Assembly: GCA_963754875.1 (NCBI GenBank)
Contig: CAVWHO010000010.1
Coordinates: 32,001 to 96,000 of the forward strand
Length of the DNA stretch: 64,000 nt
Origin: Nitrospirota bacterium
GTDB taxonomy: Bacteria > Nitrospirota > UBA9217
Direction: 5' to 3'
Shown here: positions 39,499-51,344 of the stretch, piece by piece
How positions within the stretch are numbered: the first letter of the stretch is position 1
Layout of the letters: the number at the start of each line of letters is the position of its first letter
The notes under the pieces: generated by a model
Told to the model about the DNA's origin: nothing
The model's database searches: none
What the model saw: only the letters and a program-made list of their open reading frames with translations
Made by a program: the position numbers and the translations under genes

Positions 39499-39870
39499 TT
39501 ACACAGCCAGAAGTCTTTTAATTTTGGTAAGGATTTCCATGGGACTGAACGGTTTGACAATATATTCGTCCGCGCCGACTTCTTTGCCGCGTTCCTGTTC
39601 CGCCACCTGGCCCTTGGCAGTCAGCATGATGACATATGTTTTTTTGAGTTCAGGGTCGTTTTTTATGATGCGGCACACGTCATAGCCGTTCATTTCGGGC
39701 ATCATTATGTCGAGAAAGATGATATCGGGACGGACGTTTTTTGCTTCCCTCAAAGCTTCGACACCGTCCTTGGCCATCCATAGTTTATAACCTTCATCTT
39801 CAAGGAGATAGGTGAGGGCCTCCCGAATGTTTTCATTATCGTCGGCTATAAGAATTTTTTTTGGTTCCAT
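39499..39870 (-). CDS. Single-domain response regulator
   Basis: KILIADD, FLDIMMPEMNG, MLTA, YIVKPF. Confidence 0.93.
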   Translation of the reverse strand: MEPKKILIADDNENIREALTYLLEDEGYKLWMAKDGVEALREAKNVRPDIIFLDIMMPEMNGYDVCRIIKNDPELKKTYVIMLTAKGQVAEQERGKEVGADEYIVKPFSPMEILTKIKRLLAV

Positions 39871-40126
39871 AGAAATTTGTGTTGGCCCGAAAAATAAGGC
39901 TAACAAAAGATTAGCTTTATTTCGCGAATTTGTCAAGCCGAAATATCAGCTCTTATGCATGAATCTTACAAGCTGTAACCTCCTGCAAAAAATTGGAGAT
40001 AAAATTTGACGGCTGCGGTACCACCAACATATAGAAGTTGAAAAACGCACGGAGGAGGGGTATCATAGGTCGCGCAGAGGGAAATATTTCGGAACCACTC
40101 GCTCTGAATAGAAGGGAGACTCTTTA

Positions 40127-41513
40127 ATGAATGCTGCTATCGATTACGCTGCGGTCCTCACAAAAGCGTTAAGCAGCGGCGGTGAATTTGCCGATATTTT
40201 TGTCGAGCGGAGTGCACCGTTCTCTATTGTTTGCGAAGACGGCAAAATCGAAAAAGTCATATCGGGCTTTGATTACGGCGCCGGAGTGCGGCTTATCTTC
40301 GGACAGCGGACGGCCTATGCCTATACCAACGAGCTGACGACCGAGTCACTTCTTGGAAATCGCCGACGCAGTGCGCCAGGCGGCGTCGCAAGGATTGCAG
40401 GGGGAAGTTCTTACTCTCACGAGAAATAAACCGCGAACCGACTTTTCAATAGTAAAGCCCTCCCGGGACGTCGATACTTCGCGGAAAATTGAAATCGTTC
40501 TCCGGGCGAATAGCATCGCGAGGACCTCAGATCGCCGTATCAGGCAGGCGCAGGTGTCTTACCGGGAACATTGTCAACAGGTCCTGATCGCCAACTCCGA
40601 TGGCGTCATGGCAGAGGATGAACGCACCTATCTCACAGCGCTCGTTCATGTCGTTGCGTCAGACGGTAAGGTGGTCCAGACCGGCTACGAAACGATCGGC
40701 GGCAATATCGGAATGGAACTTTTTGACCTCACGCCGCTCGAACAGGCCGCAGAAACGGCGGTGAAGCGCGCCGTGATGATGCTTTCGGCGCGCAAAGCGC
40801 CTGCGGGCAGAATGCCGGTGGTCCTGTCCTCTGAAGCCGGCGGGACCATGATCCACGAAGCAGTAGGGCACGGACTCGAAGCTGACCTGGCCCAATCCGG
40901 GCTTTCCGTGTACTCGAACCGGATTGGCGACCGGATAGCCTCCCCGCTCATCACGGTCTTGGATGATGCCACCATTGCCGGCAAACGCGGCTCCTTTCGC
41001 TTTGACGACGAGGGCGTTGATTCAGCGAAAACGGTTCTGGTGGACAAGGGCATCCTCAAAACGTTCATGTACGACCGGCTGACGGCCATGAAGGACGGAG
41101 TCCGTTCAACAGGCAATGGAAGGCGCGAATCTTACAAACATCGACCGATCCCGCGGATGACGAATACTATGATCGCACCGGGCGATACGGACCCGGGAGA
41201 TATCCTCAAGACAACGTCGAAAGGGCTCTTTGTCAGAAAAATGGGCGGTGGGCAGGTGAATACCGTGAACGGAGACTTCGTTTTCGAAGTGAGTGAAGGA
41301 TATCTCATTGAAAACGGAGCAATCGGCGATCCGGTGCGGGGAGCAACGCTTACCGGAAATGGACCACAGGTGCTGCTGTCGATCGACAGGGTCGGGTCCG
41401 ATCTGGGTTACTCCATCGGAACCTGCGGCAAAGACGGGCAGGGATCGCCGGTGAGCGATGCGCAGCCGACGCTCAGGATACCGGAAATTACGGTCGGTGG
41501 AGTTGTTGAGTAA
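40127..41513 (+). CDS. tldD: TldD/PmbA-family metalloprotease TldD; one indel near 40353
   Basis: HEAVGHGLE, FDDEG, TGNGRRES, PRMTNT, CGKDGQ..PVS. Confidence 0.92.
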
Positions 41514-41629
41514 GAGAACCCTGCCGTGACAGGCAATCTCTCCTGGCCCTTATCTCAAATAAGATTAAATTTCTGTGATGTTCATAGTTCTCATTCGTAT
41601 TTGACCAATAGTTTCCCGCAGGAGCGAGT

Positions 41630-42124
41630 ATGAAAATTCGCGCAGCAATCATTACCATGAGTGACAAGGGTGCCGCAGGGCAACGCGACGACCAAAGCGG
41701 AAAGACCATTCGTGATATGATTACCGGCATCGGATTTTCTGCAGATCACTACGAAATCCTTCCGGATGAGAAAGAGCTCATCATTGCGTCTCTCAAGAGG
41801 CTGTCAGACTCCGGGAATATCGATCTTATCCTCACGACCGGCGGCACCGGAGTTGCGCCCCGGGACGTGACTCCAGATGCCACGCTGGCGGTAATCGACT
41901 GTGTTCTTCCCGGAATGGCAGAGGCCATGCGAGCGGAGAGCCTCAAGAAAACTCCTCATGCTATGATCTCCCGCGCCGTGGCCGGAATCAGAAAACGGAC
42001 CTTGATCGTAAACCTCCCCGGCAGTCCGAAGGCTGTCCGCGAAAATCTTGCAGTTATCCTTCCGGCGCTTTCCCACGCAGTCGAAAAAATCAACGGAGAT
42101 CCTTCTGAGTGCGGCAGTTCGTAG
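41630..42124 (+). CDS. mog: Molybdopterin adenylyltransferase MogA/MoaB
   Basis: ITMSDK, TTGGTGVAPRDVTPDAT, NLPGSPKAVRE. Confidence 0.93.
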   Translation: MKIRAAIITMSDKGAAGQRDDQSGKTIRDMITGIGFSADHYEILPDEKELIIASLKRLSDSGNIDLILTTGGTGVAPRDVTPDATLAVIDCVLPGMAEAMRAESLKKTPHAMISRAVAGIRKRTLIVNLPGSPKAVRENLAVILPALSHAVEKINGDPSECGSS

Positions 42125-42315
42125 ACCGTTATCCTCCGCACTGAACTCACCTCCGTCTTTGAGCGCGAAACGGAGTCCTCTGTTGTTGCCAACGACAGGA
42201 ATTGCCTCCCAGTTGACATCCACTGGCATATAGTATAGAATTTCGAAATAAAATCGGTCGCTGGTTTATTTTTTACAAGTCGCTCTGAACTTGTGTTTGC
42301 AATTCAGGAGGTGCC

Positions 42316-43605
42316 ATGCGCGGTGCACTTACATCTTTTGTCCTTCTCCTCATTATGTGGTCTCCTTCGTATGCAGTTGAAAAACCGACAAAGCCTGTAA
42401 AAAACCTCGCGAATTATATAGCGATCTTCGACTTCGACGTCGTCGGTAAAGTCGACAAGGACATTTCCCGCCCGCTGACCGACAGCGTCCGGTATGAAAT
42501 CGTGAGGTCCGGCAGATTCAAGGTTATGGACCGGGCGAACATGGACCGCATTCTGAAGGAGCAGGCGTTCCAAATGACCGGCGGGGTCCTGAAGGACAAG
42601 GCGATTGAAGCGGGGCAGTTCCTCGGCGTGGGCAAGATCGTGATCGGCTCGATCGGCATCGTCGGGCGGACCTATATGATCTCGCTTTCCCTGCTGAATA
42701 TCGAATCAGGAGAAACGGAACGGGTCGAGGAAGGCACCTGCAAGTGCGAGCTGGATGAATTGATCGAGTCGGTCAGGCATACGGCGAACAAACTCATCGC
42801 AGAAGGGCCCGCGCCGGCACCGGCCCCCATGCCGACTCCTCCACCTGCCCCTCTTCGACCCGCGAGCGCGCCTCAGATGTCCGCGCCCGTAGCCGCACCC
42901 TCGGGCGTCACTTACCGAGACCCGGTCACCGGAATGGAATTCGTTCTCATCAGGGGCGGGTGTTTTCAGATGGGCGACGTTTTCGATGACGGGGACCGCG
43001 AGGAGCGACCGGTGCACGAGGTCTGCGTCGATGATTTCTATCTCGGCAGATACGAGGTGACGCAGGGACAGTGGAAGACGATCAAGAGCAGGAATCCTTC
43101 GTCAAACAAGAACAGCGATATGAATCCCGTCGAAGATGTGAGCTGGAACGATGTCCAGGACTTTATCAAGGAGCTCAACCAGAAAACAGGCAGATACTTC
43201 CGTCTTCCCACCGAGGCCGAATGGGAGTACGCGGCGCGAAGCGGGGGACAGCGGGAAAAGTGGGCCGGTACGAACAACGAAAACGAACTCGACAGTTATG
43301 CATGGAGCAATAATAACTCCAACAGGGACACCCATCCCGTGGGGCAGAAGAGACCGAATGCTCTCGGGCTGTACGATATGACGGGCAATGTTTGGGAGTG
43401 GGTCGGCGACTGGTACGACAGGTCCTATTACAGTGAAAGCCCGAGAAACAATCCGAGCGGCCCGGGGCGAGGCAGCGATCGCGTGTACCGCGGGGGCTCA
43501 TATAAAGACAGAGCAGATGACCTCCGAACGATGAAACGGGAAAATAAGTCCAATCGCCGGAGTGATTCCAGCTTAGGTTTTCGTTTGGCCCTTTCGGCAC
43601 GATAA
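42316..43605 (+). CDS. Exported protein: CsgG/DUF2380-like N-domain, Pro linker, FGE-sulfatase (SUMF1-like) domain
   Basis: Signal peptide; FQMG, YEVTQ, RLPTEAEWEYAAR, PNALGLYDMTGNVWEW, GFR. Confidence 0.88.
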   Translation: MRGALTSFVLLLIMWSPSYAVEKPTKPVKNLANYIAIFDFDVVGKVDKDISRPLTDSVRYEIVRSGRFKVMDRANMDRILKEQAFQMTGGVLKDKAIEAGQFLGVGKIVIGSIGIVGRTYMISLSLLNIESGETERVEEGTCKCELDELIESVRHTANKLIAEGPAPAPAPMPTPPPAPLRPASAPQMSAPVAAPSGVTYRDPVTGMEFVLIRGGCFQMGDVFDDGDREERPVHEVCVDDFYLGRYEVTQGQWKTIKSRNPSSNKNSDMNPVEDVSWNDVQDFIKELNQKTGRYFRLPTEAEWEYAARSGGQREKWAGTNNENELDSYAWSNNNSNRDTHPVGQKRPNALGLYDMTGNVWEWVGDWYDRSYYSESPRNNPSGPGRGSDRVYRGGSYKDRADDLRTMKRENKSNRRSDSSLGFRLALSAR

Positions 43606-43639
43606 CCCGACTTCCATCACGCTCATCTGAGGAGTATGA

Positions 43640-44401
43640 ATGTTTTGTCCGCATTGTGGTAAGGAAATCACGGAGGGCCAGTCCTTCTGTCAGTACTGCG
43701 GATTGCGTCTTGTGACCGAGCAGGGTTCAGTTCCGTCTGTCATCGGGAGGCGTAAAACACCCTGGGAAAACCGGGAAGAGGTTGGCTTTTTCCCCGGTTT
43801 GTTCAAGACCCTGAAAGAGGCGCTGTTTACTCCTTCCGAGTTCTTCAGGAAGATGCCTGTTTCGGCCGGTTTGACTGATCCCTTACTGTATGCACTCATA
43901 ATAGGCATGATCGGTCTCATGGCCCATTATTTCTGGGACATGCTCCTTTATAATTCCCTGCCGGATTTTATCGCATCGGAAGTGAAAACAGCAGCAGGAC
44001 GCAGCGTGGTAGAGGGGTTACGCTCACCCTTAGCGGCAATGATTACGCCGTTCCTCTTGATTTTCTGGATTTTTGTAGCATCAGGCGCGCTTCATCTTTT
44101 TCTGCTTTTGGCACGAGGGGCCCTGGCCGGTTTTGAAGCTACCTTCCGGGTCATTGCCTATGGTGTTTCTCCTTTTGTGTTCCTTATTGTTCCTTTCTGC
44201 GGCATGCCGATTGCGGGATTGTGGGTAATGACTATTGCTATCATCGGCCTTAAAGAGGCGCATGGAACAACCGGCGGCAAAGCTGCCTTTGCCGTCCTTT
44301 TCCCCTTCCTCTTCTGTTGCGGGCTTTTTATTGCAGCAATGGTCCTGTTCATGGGGGCTATGGCTGCGTCATTCGGCAGCATGGTGCATTTTCATCCATA
44401 G
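43640..44401 (+). CDS. Zinc-ribbon + YIP1-family membrane protein
   Basis: MFCPHCG...FCQYCG; PWE..., P.EFF, FEATFRV; 5 TM segments. Confidence 0.8.
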   Translation: MFCPHCGKEITEGQSFCQYCGLRLVTEQGSVPSVIGRRKTPWENREEVGFFPGLFKTLKEALFTPSEFFRKMPVSAGLTDPLLYALIIGMIGLMAHYFWDMLLYNSLPDFIASEVKTAAGRSVVEGLRSPLAAMITPFLLIFWIFVASGALHLFLLLARGALAGFEATFRVIAYGVSPFVFLIVPFCGMPIAGLWVMTIAIIGLKEAHGTTGGKAAFAVLFPFLFCCGLFIAAMVLFMGAMAASFGSMVHFHP

Positions 44402-44419
44402 CATGTCCAATCATCGTTC

Positions 44420-44827
44420 ATGCGTATAGCTTTCAAAAAGAGATCAACCGGCCAGATAGAGTTCGGTATCATTTACGGAAGCATGGCACTCCTCATTCTC
44501 GGCGCAGCCAGGGTTCTTCCAATCCTTTCCATTGCTCCATCCTGTGTATTTAAAGGAATCACCGGCTTTCCCTGCCCGACGTGCGGTACGACGCGGTCGG
44601 TGCTCTATTTGTCGCAGGGCGACATCGCAACCGCTCTTGCAATGAATCCCCTTGCGTCTCTGGGACTCATAGCTGCCGTTCCCTATTTTTTCTATAGCGT
44701 CATCACGCTGATATTTAATCTGCCAAGAATGAGTTTCATCCTTACAGACCGTGAAAAAAAAGCCGTGCATGCAACAGCGGTCATGTTTCTCCTTGTTCAG
44801 TGGGCCTATCTTATCTTTACGCGTTGA
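44420..44827 (+). CDS. DUF2752-family membrane protein
   Basis: CVFKGITGFPCPTCGTTRS...NPL. Confidence 0.88.
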   Translation: MRIAFKKRSTGQIEFGIIYGSMALLILGAARVLPILSIAPSCVFKGITGFPCPTCGTTRSVLYLSQGDIATALAMNPLASLGLIAAVPYFFYSVITLIFNLPRMSFILTDREKKAVHATAVMFLLVQWAYLIFTR

Positions 44828-44950
44828 TCATGCTGATTTCACCCCGATTGAGTCGTCTAGGCAATAATATTATTTACATTTAAGTACCAGTATGTTAGTA
44901 TAAATGTCTTTAAGAATATCCCATACTTTTGCACAGTTAGGGAGGTAAGC

Positions 44951-45892
44951 GTGGGCCGCGTAGTTATTGGCGTGGACCTCGGCGGTACGAACTTAAGAAC
45001 AGCGCTTCTGAGCTCTGAAGGGGATATTCTCGACAAGAGCAAGGAGGCGACGTACGCATCCGACGGATGGAAAAAAGTCGTTCAACGACTGATACAGAAC
45101 ATCCAACGTCAGCAGGAAATCGCTGTTCAACAAGGATTGTCGATAACTGCCGTAGGTGTGGGTGCCCCCGGTGTCATTCAGGTGGACAAAGGAATCGTGG
45201 TGAAGTCTCCCAATTTTCCGGACTGGAATAATCTACCCCTTAAAGATGAATTAGAGAACGTACTCAGCTTGCCCGTTACTATCGAAAACGATGCGAATGC
45301 AGCCGCTCTCGGTGAACAGTGGCGCGGCGCGGGAAGGGGCATCGGGAGCATGATCCTCCTGACGCTGGGTACCGGCGTAGGCGGCGGCATCGTCCTCAAT
45401 AGACAAATTTGGCACGGCGCGGACGGCATGGCTGGTGAGGTGGGCCACATGACGATTATTCCCGACGGCAGACAGTGCGGTTGCGGGAATACTGGCTGCC
45501 TCGAAATGTATGCATCGGCGCGGGGCATCGTGCAGAGTTACCGGGAAGCGGGAGGCGTTTCTGAGACCGGGAATCAGTCGGAGATCACGTCGGCGCAGGT
45601 GTATCAGGCAGCGAGCAATGGCAACGTCCGTGCAGTCGAGGTCATGCAGGACATGGGTCGCATACTTGGGATCGGCATTGCGAACCTGATCAATATATTT
45701 AATCCCGAGATGGTCGTCATCGGGGGTGGAGTGAAGGACGCCTGGCCGCTCTTTATCGATTCCACGCGGGCAGAGATCAGGAAGCGTGCTTTCGAAGTCC
45801 CCGCCGCTCGCACGGAGATCGTGCCATCCAAACTCGGCGACGATGCCGGCATGGTCGGAGCCGCCGCCGCCGCACTTCAAAAGCTAGGATAG
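44951..45892 (+). CDS. ROK-family sugar kinase (glucokinase-like)
   Basis: GVDLGGT, ENDANAAALGE, GEVGH, CGCGNTGCLE. Confidence 0.93.
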   Translation: MGRVVIGVDLGGTNLRTALLSSEGDILDKSKEATYASDGWKKVVQRLIQNIQRQQEIAVQQGLSITAVGVGAPGVIQVDKGIVVKSPNFPDWNNLPLKDELENVLSLPVTIENDANAAALGEQWRGAGRGIGSMILLTLGTGVGGGIVLNRQIWHGADGMAGEVGHMTIIPDGRQCGCGNTGCLEMYASARGIVQSYREAGGVSETGNQSEITSAQVYQAASNGNVRAVEVMQDMGRILGIGIANLINIFNPEMVVIGGGVKDAWPLFIDSTRAEIRKRAFEVPAARTEIVPSKLGDDAGMVGAAAAALQKLG

Positions 45893-46003
45893 AACGAAAT
45901 GATGAATGGGAGAAAGGGTGACAAGGGCAATCGGACACCGGAGCGTTCTTTTGTTTTACAGATCCTCTGATTCAACGGTTCACAGTGTTCCTCTGTAAGA
46001 ATT

Positions 46004-47815
46004 ATGGCAAGTACGAATATCAGAAACTTTTGCATCATCGCACATATTGATCACGGAAAGTCCACTCTTGCCGACAGGATTCTCGAATATACTGGCGCGC
46101 TTTCGGACAGGGAAATGGCCGCGGCAGGAAGCGATCAGGTGCTCGACGATATGGACCTTGAACGAGAGCGGGGCATCACGATCAAGGCCCATGCGGTCCG
46201 GCTGAAATATAAAGCGTCGGACGGGCAGGAATACGTCTTGAACCTGATAGACACACCCGGTCATGTCGATTTCACGTACGAGGTTTCTCGCAGCATGGCT
46301 GCCTGTGAAGGTGCTCTTCTCGTGGTAGACGCCTCGCAGGGAGTAGAAGCTCAGACGCTCGCCAATGCTTACCTCGCGATCGACCACAACCTTGAGATGA
46401 TCCCGGTCATCAATAAGATCGATCTGCCGAGCGCGAACGTTGAAGAGGTGAAACACCAGATCGAGGACATTGTCGGACTCGATGCATCGGGCGCCATCCC
46501 GGCGAGTGCCAAGGCAGGTATCGGAACGAAGGAGATACTGGAATCGGTTGTAAAAAAAATCCCGGCTCCTGCAGGTAACGCTGATGCGCCTCTGAGGGCT
46601 CTTTTATTCGATTCTTGGTATGATACGTATCAGGGCGTGGTCATCCTGGTAAGGGTAGTTGACGGAACCGTTCGCCCGAAGCAGAAGATCAAACTAAATT
46701 CGACCGGTGCGGTTTATGAAGTGCAATCTGTAGGTGTTTTCACACCCAAGATGCAGCCAACTTCGGAACTGTTGCAGGGAGAGGTGGGGTGCATCATCGC
46801 CGGTATCAAGAGGATCTCGGACGCCAAGATCGGTGATACGGTCATGGATGCAGATCGACCTGCCGATGCGCCGTTGCCCGGCTATAAGGACGTGAAACCC
46901 ATGGTCTTTGCCGGCATCTATCCGATGATCAGCGAAGACTATGCAGACCTGCGCGATGCTCTGGAAAAACTGCGGTTGAACGATTCCTCGTTCACGTACG
47001 AGCCCGAAACGTCGCTCGCACTCGGTTTTGGTTTTCGCTGCGGGTTCCTGGGGCTTCTGCACATGGACATAGTGAAGGAAAGGCTTGAACGGGAGTTCAA
47101 ACTGGCCCTCATTCCGACGGCGCCCACTGTGGTTTACCGGGTGACGAAGAATAACGGTGAGGTCGTCATGGTTGACAATCCGGCCAAGTTGCCGAACATT
47201 CAGGACATCCAGCGCATTGAGGAACCCATGATTTTGGCATCGCTCATAACACCGGAACAGTATGTGGGCTCGCTCATCGCCTTGTGCCAGGAGCGGCGGG
47301 GCATCCAGAAGGAAATAACCTATATCACGAAAGATCGTGTTCTCATCAGCTACGAGCTCCCGCTGAATGAGATCGTGATGGATTTTTATGACAAGCTCAA
47401 ATCCCTGACCAAGGGATACGCCTCGCTCGATTACGAGCTTTCGGGTTATGTGGAGTCCGACCTGGTGAAGCTCGACATGCTCTTGAACGGCGAACCCGTT
47501 GATGCGCTGTCGCTCATCACGCACCGCGAGAAGGCAGCGATCCGCGGCAGACAGCTCGCCGAGAAACTCAAAGAGGTGATTCCGCGGCAGCTCTACGAAG
47601 TGGTCATCCAAGCTGCGATCGGTGCCAAGATCATAGCACGCGAGACGGTCAAGGCGCTGCGCAAGGACGTCACAGCCAAGTGCTACGGCGGAGATATCAC
47701 AAGAAAACGTAAACTTCTTGAAAAACAGAAAGAAGGCAAGAAGAAAATGAAACAGGTCGGGAGCGTGGAACTCCCCCAGGAGGCATTCCTTGCCGTGCTC
47801 AAGGTGGGAGAGTAG
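46004..47815 (+). CDS. lepA: Elongation factor 4 (LepA)
   Basis: [49 protein letters not shown]. Confidence 0.99.
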   Translation: MASTNIRNFCIIAHIDHGKSTLADRILEYTGALSDREMAAAGSDQVLDDMDLERERGITIKAHAVRLKYKASDGQEYVLNLIDTPGHVDFTYEVSRSMAACEGALLVVDASQGVEAQTLANAYLAIDHNLEMIPVINKIDLPSANVEEVKHQIEDIVGLDASGAIPASAKAGIGTKEILESVVKKIPAPAGNADAPLRALLFDSWYDTYQGVVILVRVVDGTVRPKQKIKLNSTGAVYEVQSVGVFTPKMQPTSELLQGEVGCIIAGIKRISDAKIGDTVMDADRPADAPLPGYKDVKPMVFAGIYPMISEDYADLRDALEKLRLNDSSFTYEPETSLALGFGFRCGFLGLLHMDIVKERLEREFKLALIPTAPTVVYRVTKNNGEVVMVDNPAKLPNIQDIQRIEEPMILASLITPEQYVGSLIALCQERRGIQKEITYITKDRVLISYELPLNEIVMDFYDKLKSLTKGYASLDYELSGYVESDLVKLDMLLNGEPVDALSLITHREKAAIRGRQLAEKLKEVIPRQLYEVVIQAAIGAKIIARETVKALRKDVTAKCYGGDITRKRKLLEKQKEGKKKMKQVGSVELPQEAFLAVLKVGE

Positions 47816-47928
47816 CGAGGAAAAGAGGGGAGTCGAAGTGGAAAAATTGAGATTCCAACCGGCGGTTTTCAACTTCCAATTCTGAATTTACAGTCCATCG
47901 CATACATTGCGATAGTATCGGAGGCAGG

Positions 47929-48633
47929 ATGTCTGAAATAGAGGCGAACATGATAAAAAAGAAATCATTTTACAAAGAATGGATAGAGCCCTTTCTTATC
48001 GCGGCAATCGTGGCGTTGTTCATCAGGCAGTTCATCGTCGAGGCGTTCAAGATTCCGTCGGGGTCGATGATCCCGACACTGACCATCGGCGATCATTTGC
48101 TCGTCAACAAGTTTGTCTATGGCCCGAGAATACCTTTCACGGATACCAGGATCTTTACCTGGAAGGAGCCGAAGCGCGGCGAGGTAATTGTTTTCAAGTA
48201 CCCGGAGAACGAAGACAAAAATTTTATTAAACGTGTTGTCGGTTTGCCCGGCGACAAAATACAGATCGTCAATGGCAAATTATTCATCAATGATCAGGTC
48301 GTTCCGATAGAAGCGACCGGCGCTCCGGCGGATAAAAGTGTGGAGGAGGGGCCGTCTTTCGGTAAACCGATGTTCTACGAGGAACAACTCGGAACGGTCA
48401 AACATGCCATACAATATCTTGTTGACCAGTCCGAGAAAAACGATGGACCATGGCTTGTGCCCAAGGATTCCGTATTCGTGATGGGCGACAACCGAGACAA
48501 CAGCCAGGACAGCCGGTTCTGGGGGTTTGTAAAAGAAAATAAGATCCTCGGCAGGGCGTTAATCATCTACTGGTCCTGGGACGGCGACGGCACATGGGTA
48601 CGGTGGGAACGGATTGGACAGCTGATACGGTAA
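47929..48633 (+). CDS. lepB: Signal peptidase I
   Basis: IPSGSM.PTL, FIKRVVG.PGD, GDNRDNSQDSR. Confidence 0.98.
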   Translation: MSEIEANMIKKKSFYKEWIEPFLIAAIVALFIRQFIVEAFKIPSGSMIPTLTIGDHLLVNKFVYGPRIPFTDTRIFTWKEPKRGEVIVFKYPENEDKNFIKRVVGLPGDKIQIVNGKLFINDQVVPIEATGAPADKSVEEGPSFGKPMFYEEQLGTVKHAIQYLVDQSEKNDGPWLVPKDSVFVMGDNRDNSQDSRFWGFVKENKILGRALIIYWSWDGDGTWVRWERIGQLIR

Positions 48634-48653
48634 TTTGGAAAGGGGCATTAACC

Positions 48654-49049
48654 ATGTCCAGACTTTTTACAGAAAGAGGCGGAATCAACCTCAAAGTCCT
48701 ATTGTGGCTTTTGTTGTTATTCATTGTTGTGCATGTTGGGATTAAACTCGTCCCTATGTATATGGATGCAGAGCGTATGAAAGATGAGATGGCCGTAAAG
48801 GCCGGGTTTGCGCAAACGCTCAAAGATGAAGAAATTTTGACGGACCTTGTGAATAAGGCAAAAGAACTCGACATTCCCCTCGGCCCGGAAAATTTTATTT
48901 TAATGAGGGACGATGATAACCGCAGGATGAAAATCAGCACGCACTGGGATGTGACGGTACATTTCTTTTTTGATATTTACCCCCCGTATACAACGAGGGT
49001 GTTCCACTTTGAACCGGCAATCGAGGCAAATTATTCGCGGCAATTGTGA
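48654..49049 (+). CDS. DUF4845-like membrane-anchored protein
   Basis: ERGG + hydrophobic segment + KLVPMY; usual position after lepB. Confidence 0.7.
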   Translation: MSRLFTERGGINLKVLLWLLLLFIVVHVGIKLVPMYMDAERMKDEMAVKAGFAQTLKDEEILTDLVNKAKELDIPLGPENFILMRDDDNRRMKISTHWDVTVHFFFDIYPPYTTRVFHFEPAIEANYSRQL

Positions 49050-49110
49050 GTACGGTGTCAGATCAATTGAAGTAGGGGAAAAAAGCTGCAGCAACGCGAG
49101 GTGGACGATT

Positions 49111-49993
49111 GTGATACGCAGCATGACAGGATTCGGGCGAAAGGAAACAGACAATGCGGTCGCCCACTTTGTTATAGAAATACGATCGCTCAATAACCGT
49201 TATCTCGACATCCAGGTGAAGGCGCCGCGGGGCCTTTCCCTGTTGGAAACGCGGGTGAAAAAGACCGTACAGGACCGTTTTTCCCGCGGCCGGTTTGACG
49301 TATTTATTTCCCGGAACGGGCAACAGGAAAAAAACGCCAGGCTTGTCGTGAATGAGGAACTGGCCGGTCAATATGTTGCAGCACTGCGGGATCTCAAATC
49401 GCGGTACGGCCTGGACGGGAGAGATTGAACTCTCGACTGTCGCCGCTTTTCAGGATATTGTCGCGGTTTCAGAAACGATGGAGGACCCGGAAAAGGTATG
49501 GCAGGTCTTGTCAACCGGCCTTTCGCAGGCACTCGATGAACTCGATAGGATGCGGACCGAGGAGGGAGCGGCCCTGGCGGGGGACATCTTGTCCCGGATC
49601 GGAACAATCGACCTGTTGACCAACGCAATTCGTAAAAAGGCCCCTGCCTCCGTCGAACACGCAAGAAAACGGATGACGGAGACCTTGAACAAACTTCTGA
49701 CTGAACAGCCCGACCCCGTGAGACTGGCCCAGGAGATCGCGATCCTCGCGGAGAGAACGGATGTTACTGAAGAACTTACCCGACTTGGCAGCCATATGAA
49801 ACAATTTCGCACGCTTATGACCGATGCGAACGGGGAGACAGTGGGCAGGAAACTTGATTTTTTGATTCAGGAAATGGGCCGCGAAGTAAATACGATTGCT
49901 TCGAAAGCCATGGATGCTGAAGTATCCATGGATGTGGTTAATATCAAAGCCGAGCTTGAAAAAATACGTGAACAGGTGCAGAACATCGAATAG
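49111..49993 (+). CDS. yicC: YicC/YloC-family endoribonuclease; one indel near 49417
   Basis: [54 protein letters not shown]. Confidence 0.93.
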
Positions 49994-49997
49994 CGCT

Positions 49998-50249
49998 ATG
50001 GTGAACAGCCCTATCAATATAGGCTACGGCAACATGGTCATGTCAACTAAGGTGGTCGCGGTACTCTCTCCTGATTCGGCCCCGATGCGGCGTCTTCGGG
50101 AAGAGGCCAAGGAACGAAAAATGCTGATCGATGCCACCGAGGGCAGGAAAACACGGGCCATTGTCATTACCGACAGCGACCATGTGATCCTCTCCGCGGT
50201 ACAGGTTGAGACGCTGATGCAGAGATTCGCGGGAAGGGGTGAGCAGTGA
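49998..50249 (+). CDS. remA: DUF370/RemA-family protein
   Basis: [39 protein letters not shown]. Confidence 0.92.
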   Translation: MVNSPINIGYGNMVMSTKVVAVLSPDSAPMRRLREEAKERKMLIDATEGRKTRAIVITDSDHVILSAVQVETLMQRFAGRGEQ

Positions 50250-50854
50250 AAAGGACACGGGGGCTGTTGTATGTCGTTTCCGCACCTTCCGGTGCGGGGA
50301 AAACAAGCCTGTGCCGGGCGATCACCGATTCCCTGGAAGATCTTACCCACTCTATCTCCTATACGACGCGTAAGCCGAGGCCCGGCGAGATTGACGGCCG
50401 GGACTACTATTTCGTCAGCCAGGAACGTTTTCAGGCAATGATCAAAGCCGGAGATTTTGCAGAATGGGCCGAGGTCCATTCCAATCTCTACGGCACGTCA
50501 CGGCGGGTGCTGGATGACATGATCTCGAAAGGTATCGACATCATCCTCGATATCGATACCCAGGGCGCAAAGCAGATCAAATCAAAATTTGATTCAGCTG
50601 TCTTCATTTTTATCATGCCGCCGTCGCTCGATATCCTGGAGGAACGGCTCCGCAACCGCAAGTCGGACCATGAAGATGAAATAAAGAAAAGAATGCGCAG
50701 AGCGCGTGAAGAGATCAAGGATTACGCCCTGTACGATTACCTTGTCGTGAACCGGGATTTTGAAGGGGCACTCACCGAACTTCGGTCAATTGTTATCGCT
50801 GAACGCTGCCGGATCCAGCATGCGGACACCCAGTGGATTGAAGGAATGTTCTAA
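50246..50854 (+). CDS. gmk: Guanylate kinase
   Basis: [35 protein letters not shown]. Confidence 0.98.
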   Translation: MKRTRGLLYVVSAPSGAGKTSLCRAITDSLEDLTHSISYTTRKPRPGEIDGRDYYFVSQERFQAMIKAGDFAEWAEVHSNLYGTSRRVLDDMISKGIDIILDIDTQGAKQIKSKFDSAVFIFIMPPSLDILEERLRNRKSDHEDEIKKRMRRAREEIKDYALYDYLVVNRDFEGALTELRSIVIAERCRIQHADTQWIEGMF

Positions 50855-50898
50855 CAGAAAACGAAAAATATGATACTATGTTACGCAGGAGGAAAACA

Positions 50899-51339
50899 AT
50901 GCAGAAAATAGCTCAAGACCTGATATCGCTCCCCATCGAAATGAACGACCTAATCGCCGATACGAAGTTTCGTCTCGTGCACATTGCGTCACAGCGGGTA
51001 CGGCAATTGACCGCCGGTGCTTCGCCGCAGGTAAATTCGCGATCGATCAAAGACGCGACCGTTGCCCTGGAAGAGGCTGTCGCACACAGTTTCAAGATCC
51101 TCGTAGGCGAAGAGGCGGTGAAAGCAAAGGAAGAGTTCCGCAAGGAGGAAGAGCGGGCGAAGCTTGAAGAACAGCTTTCGGCCAAAGAAGAAGAGATACG
51201 CAAAGAACTCAGTGCTTACCTGTCGGAGACGCAAGAGGAAGAGGTGGCTGAGGAGCCTTCCGAAGAACAAGCGGGAGCAGAAGAGGCTGATGAGGATGTA
51301 GAGGAACCGGCCGAGTCAGTTGAAGAGCCTGAGGAGTAG
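50899..51339 (+). CDS. rpoZ: RNA polymerase omega subunit with acidic C-terminal extension
   Basis: KFRLVHIASQRVRQL...ALEE; gmk-rpoZ-coaBC synteny. Confidence 0.88.
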   Translation: MQKIAQDLISLPIEMNDLIADTKFRLVHIASQRVRQLTAGASPQVNSRSIKDATVALEEAVAHSFKILVGEEAVKAKEEFRKEEERAKLEEQLSAKEEEIRKELSAYLSETQEEEVAEEPSEEQAGAEEADEDVEEPAESVEEPEE

Positions 51340-51344
51340 AACGG

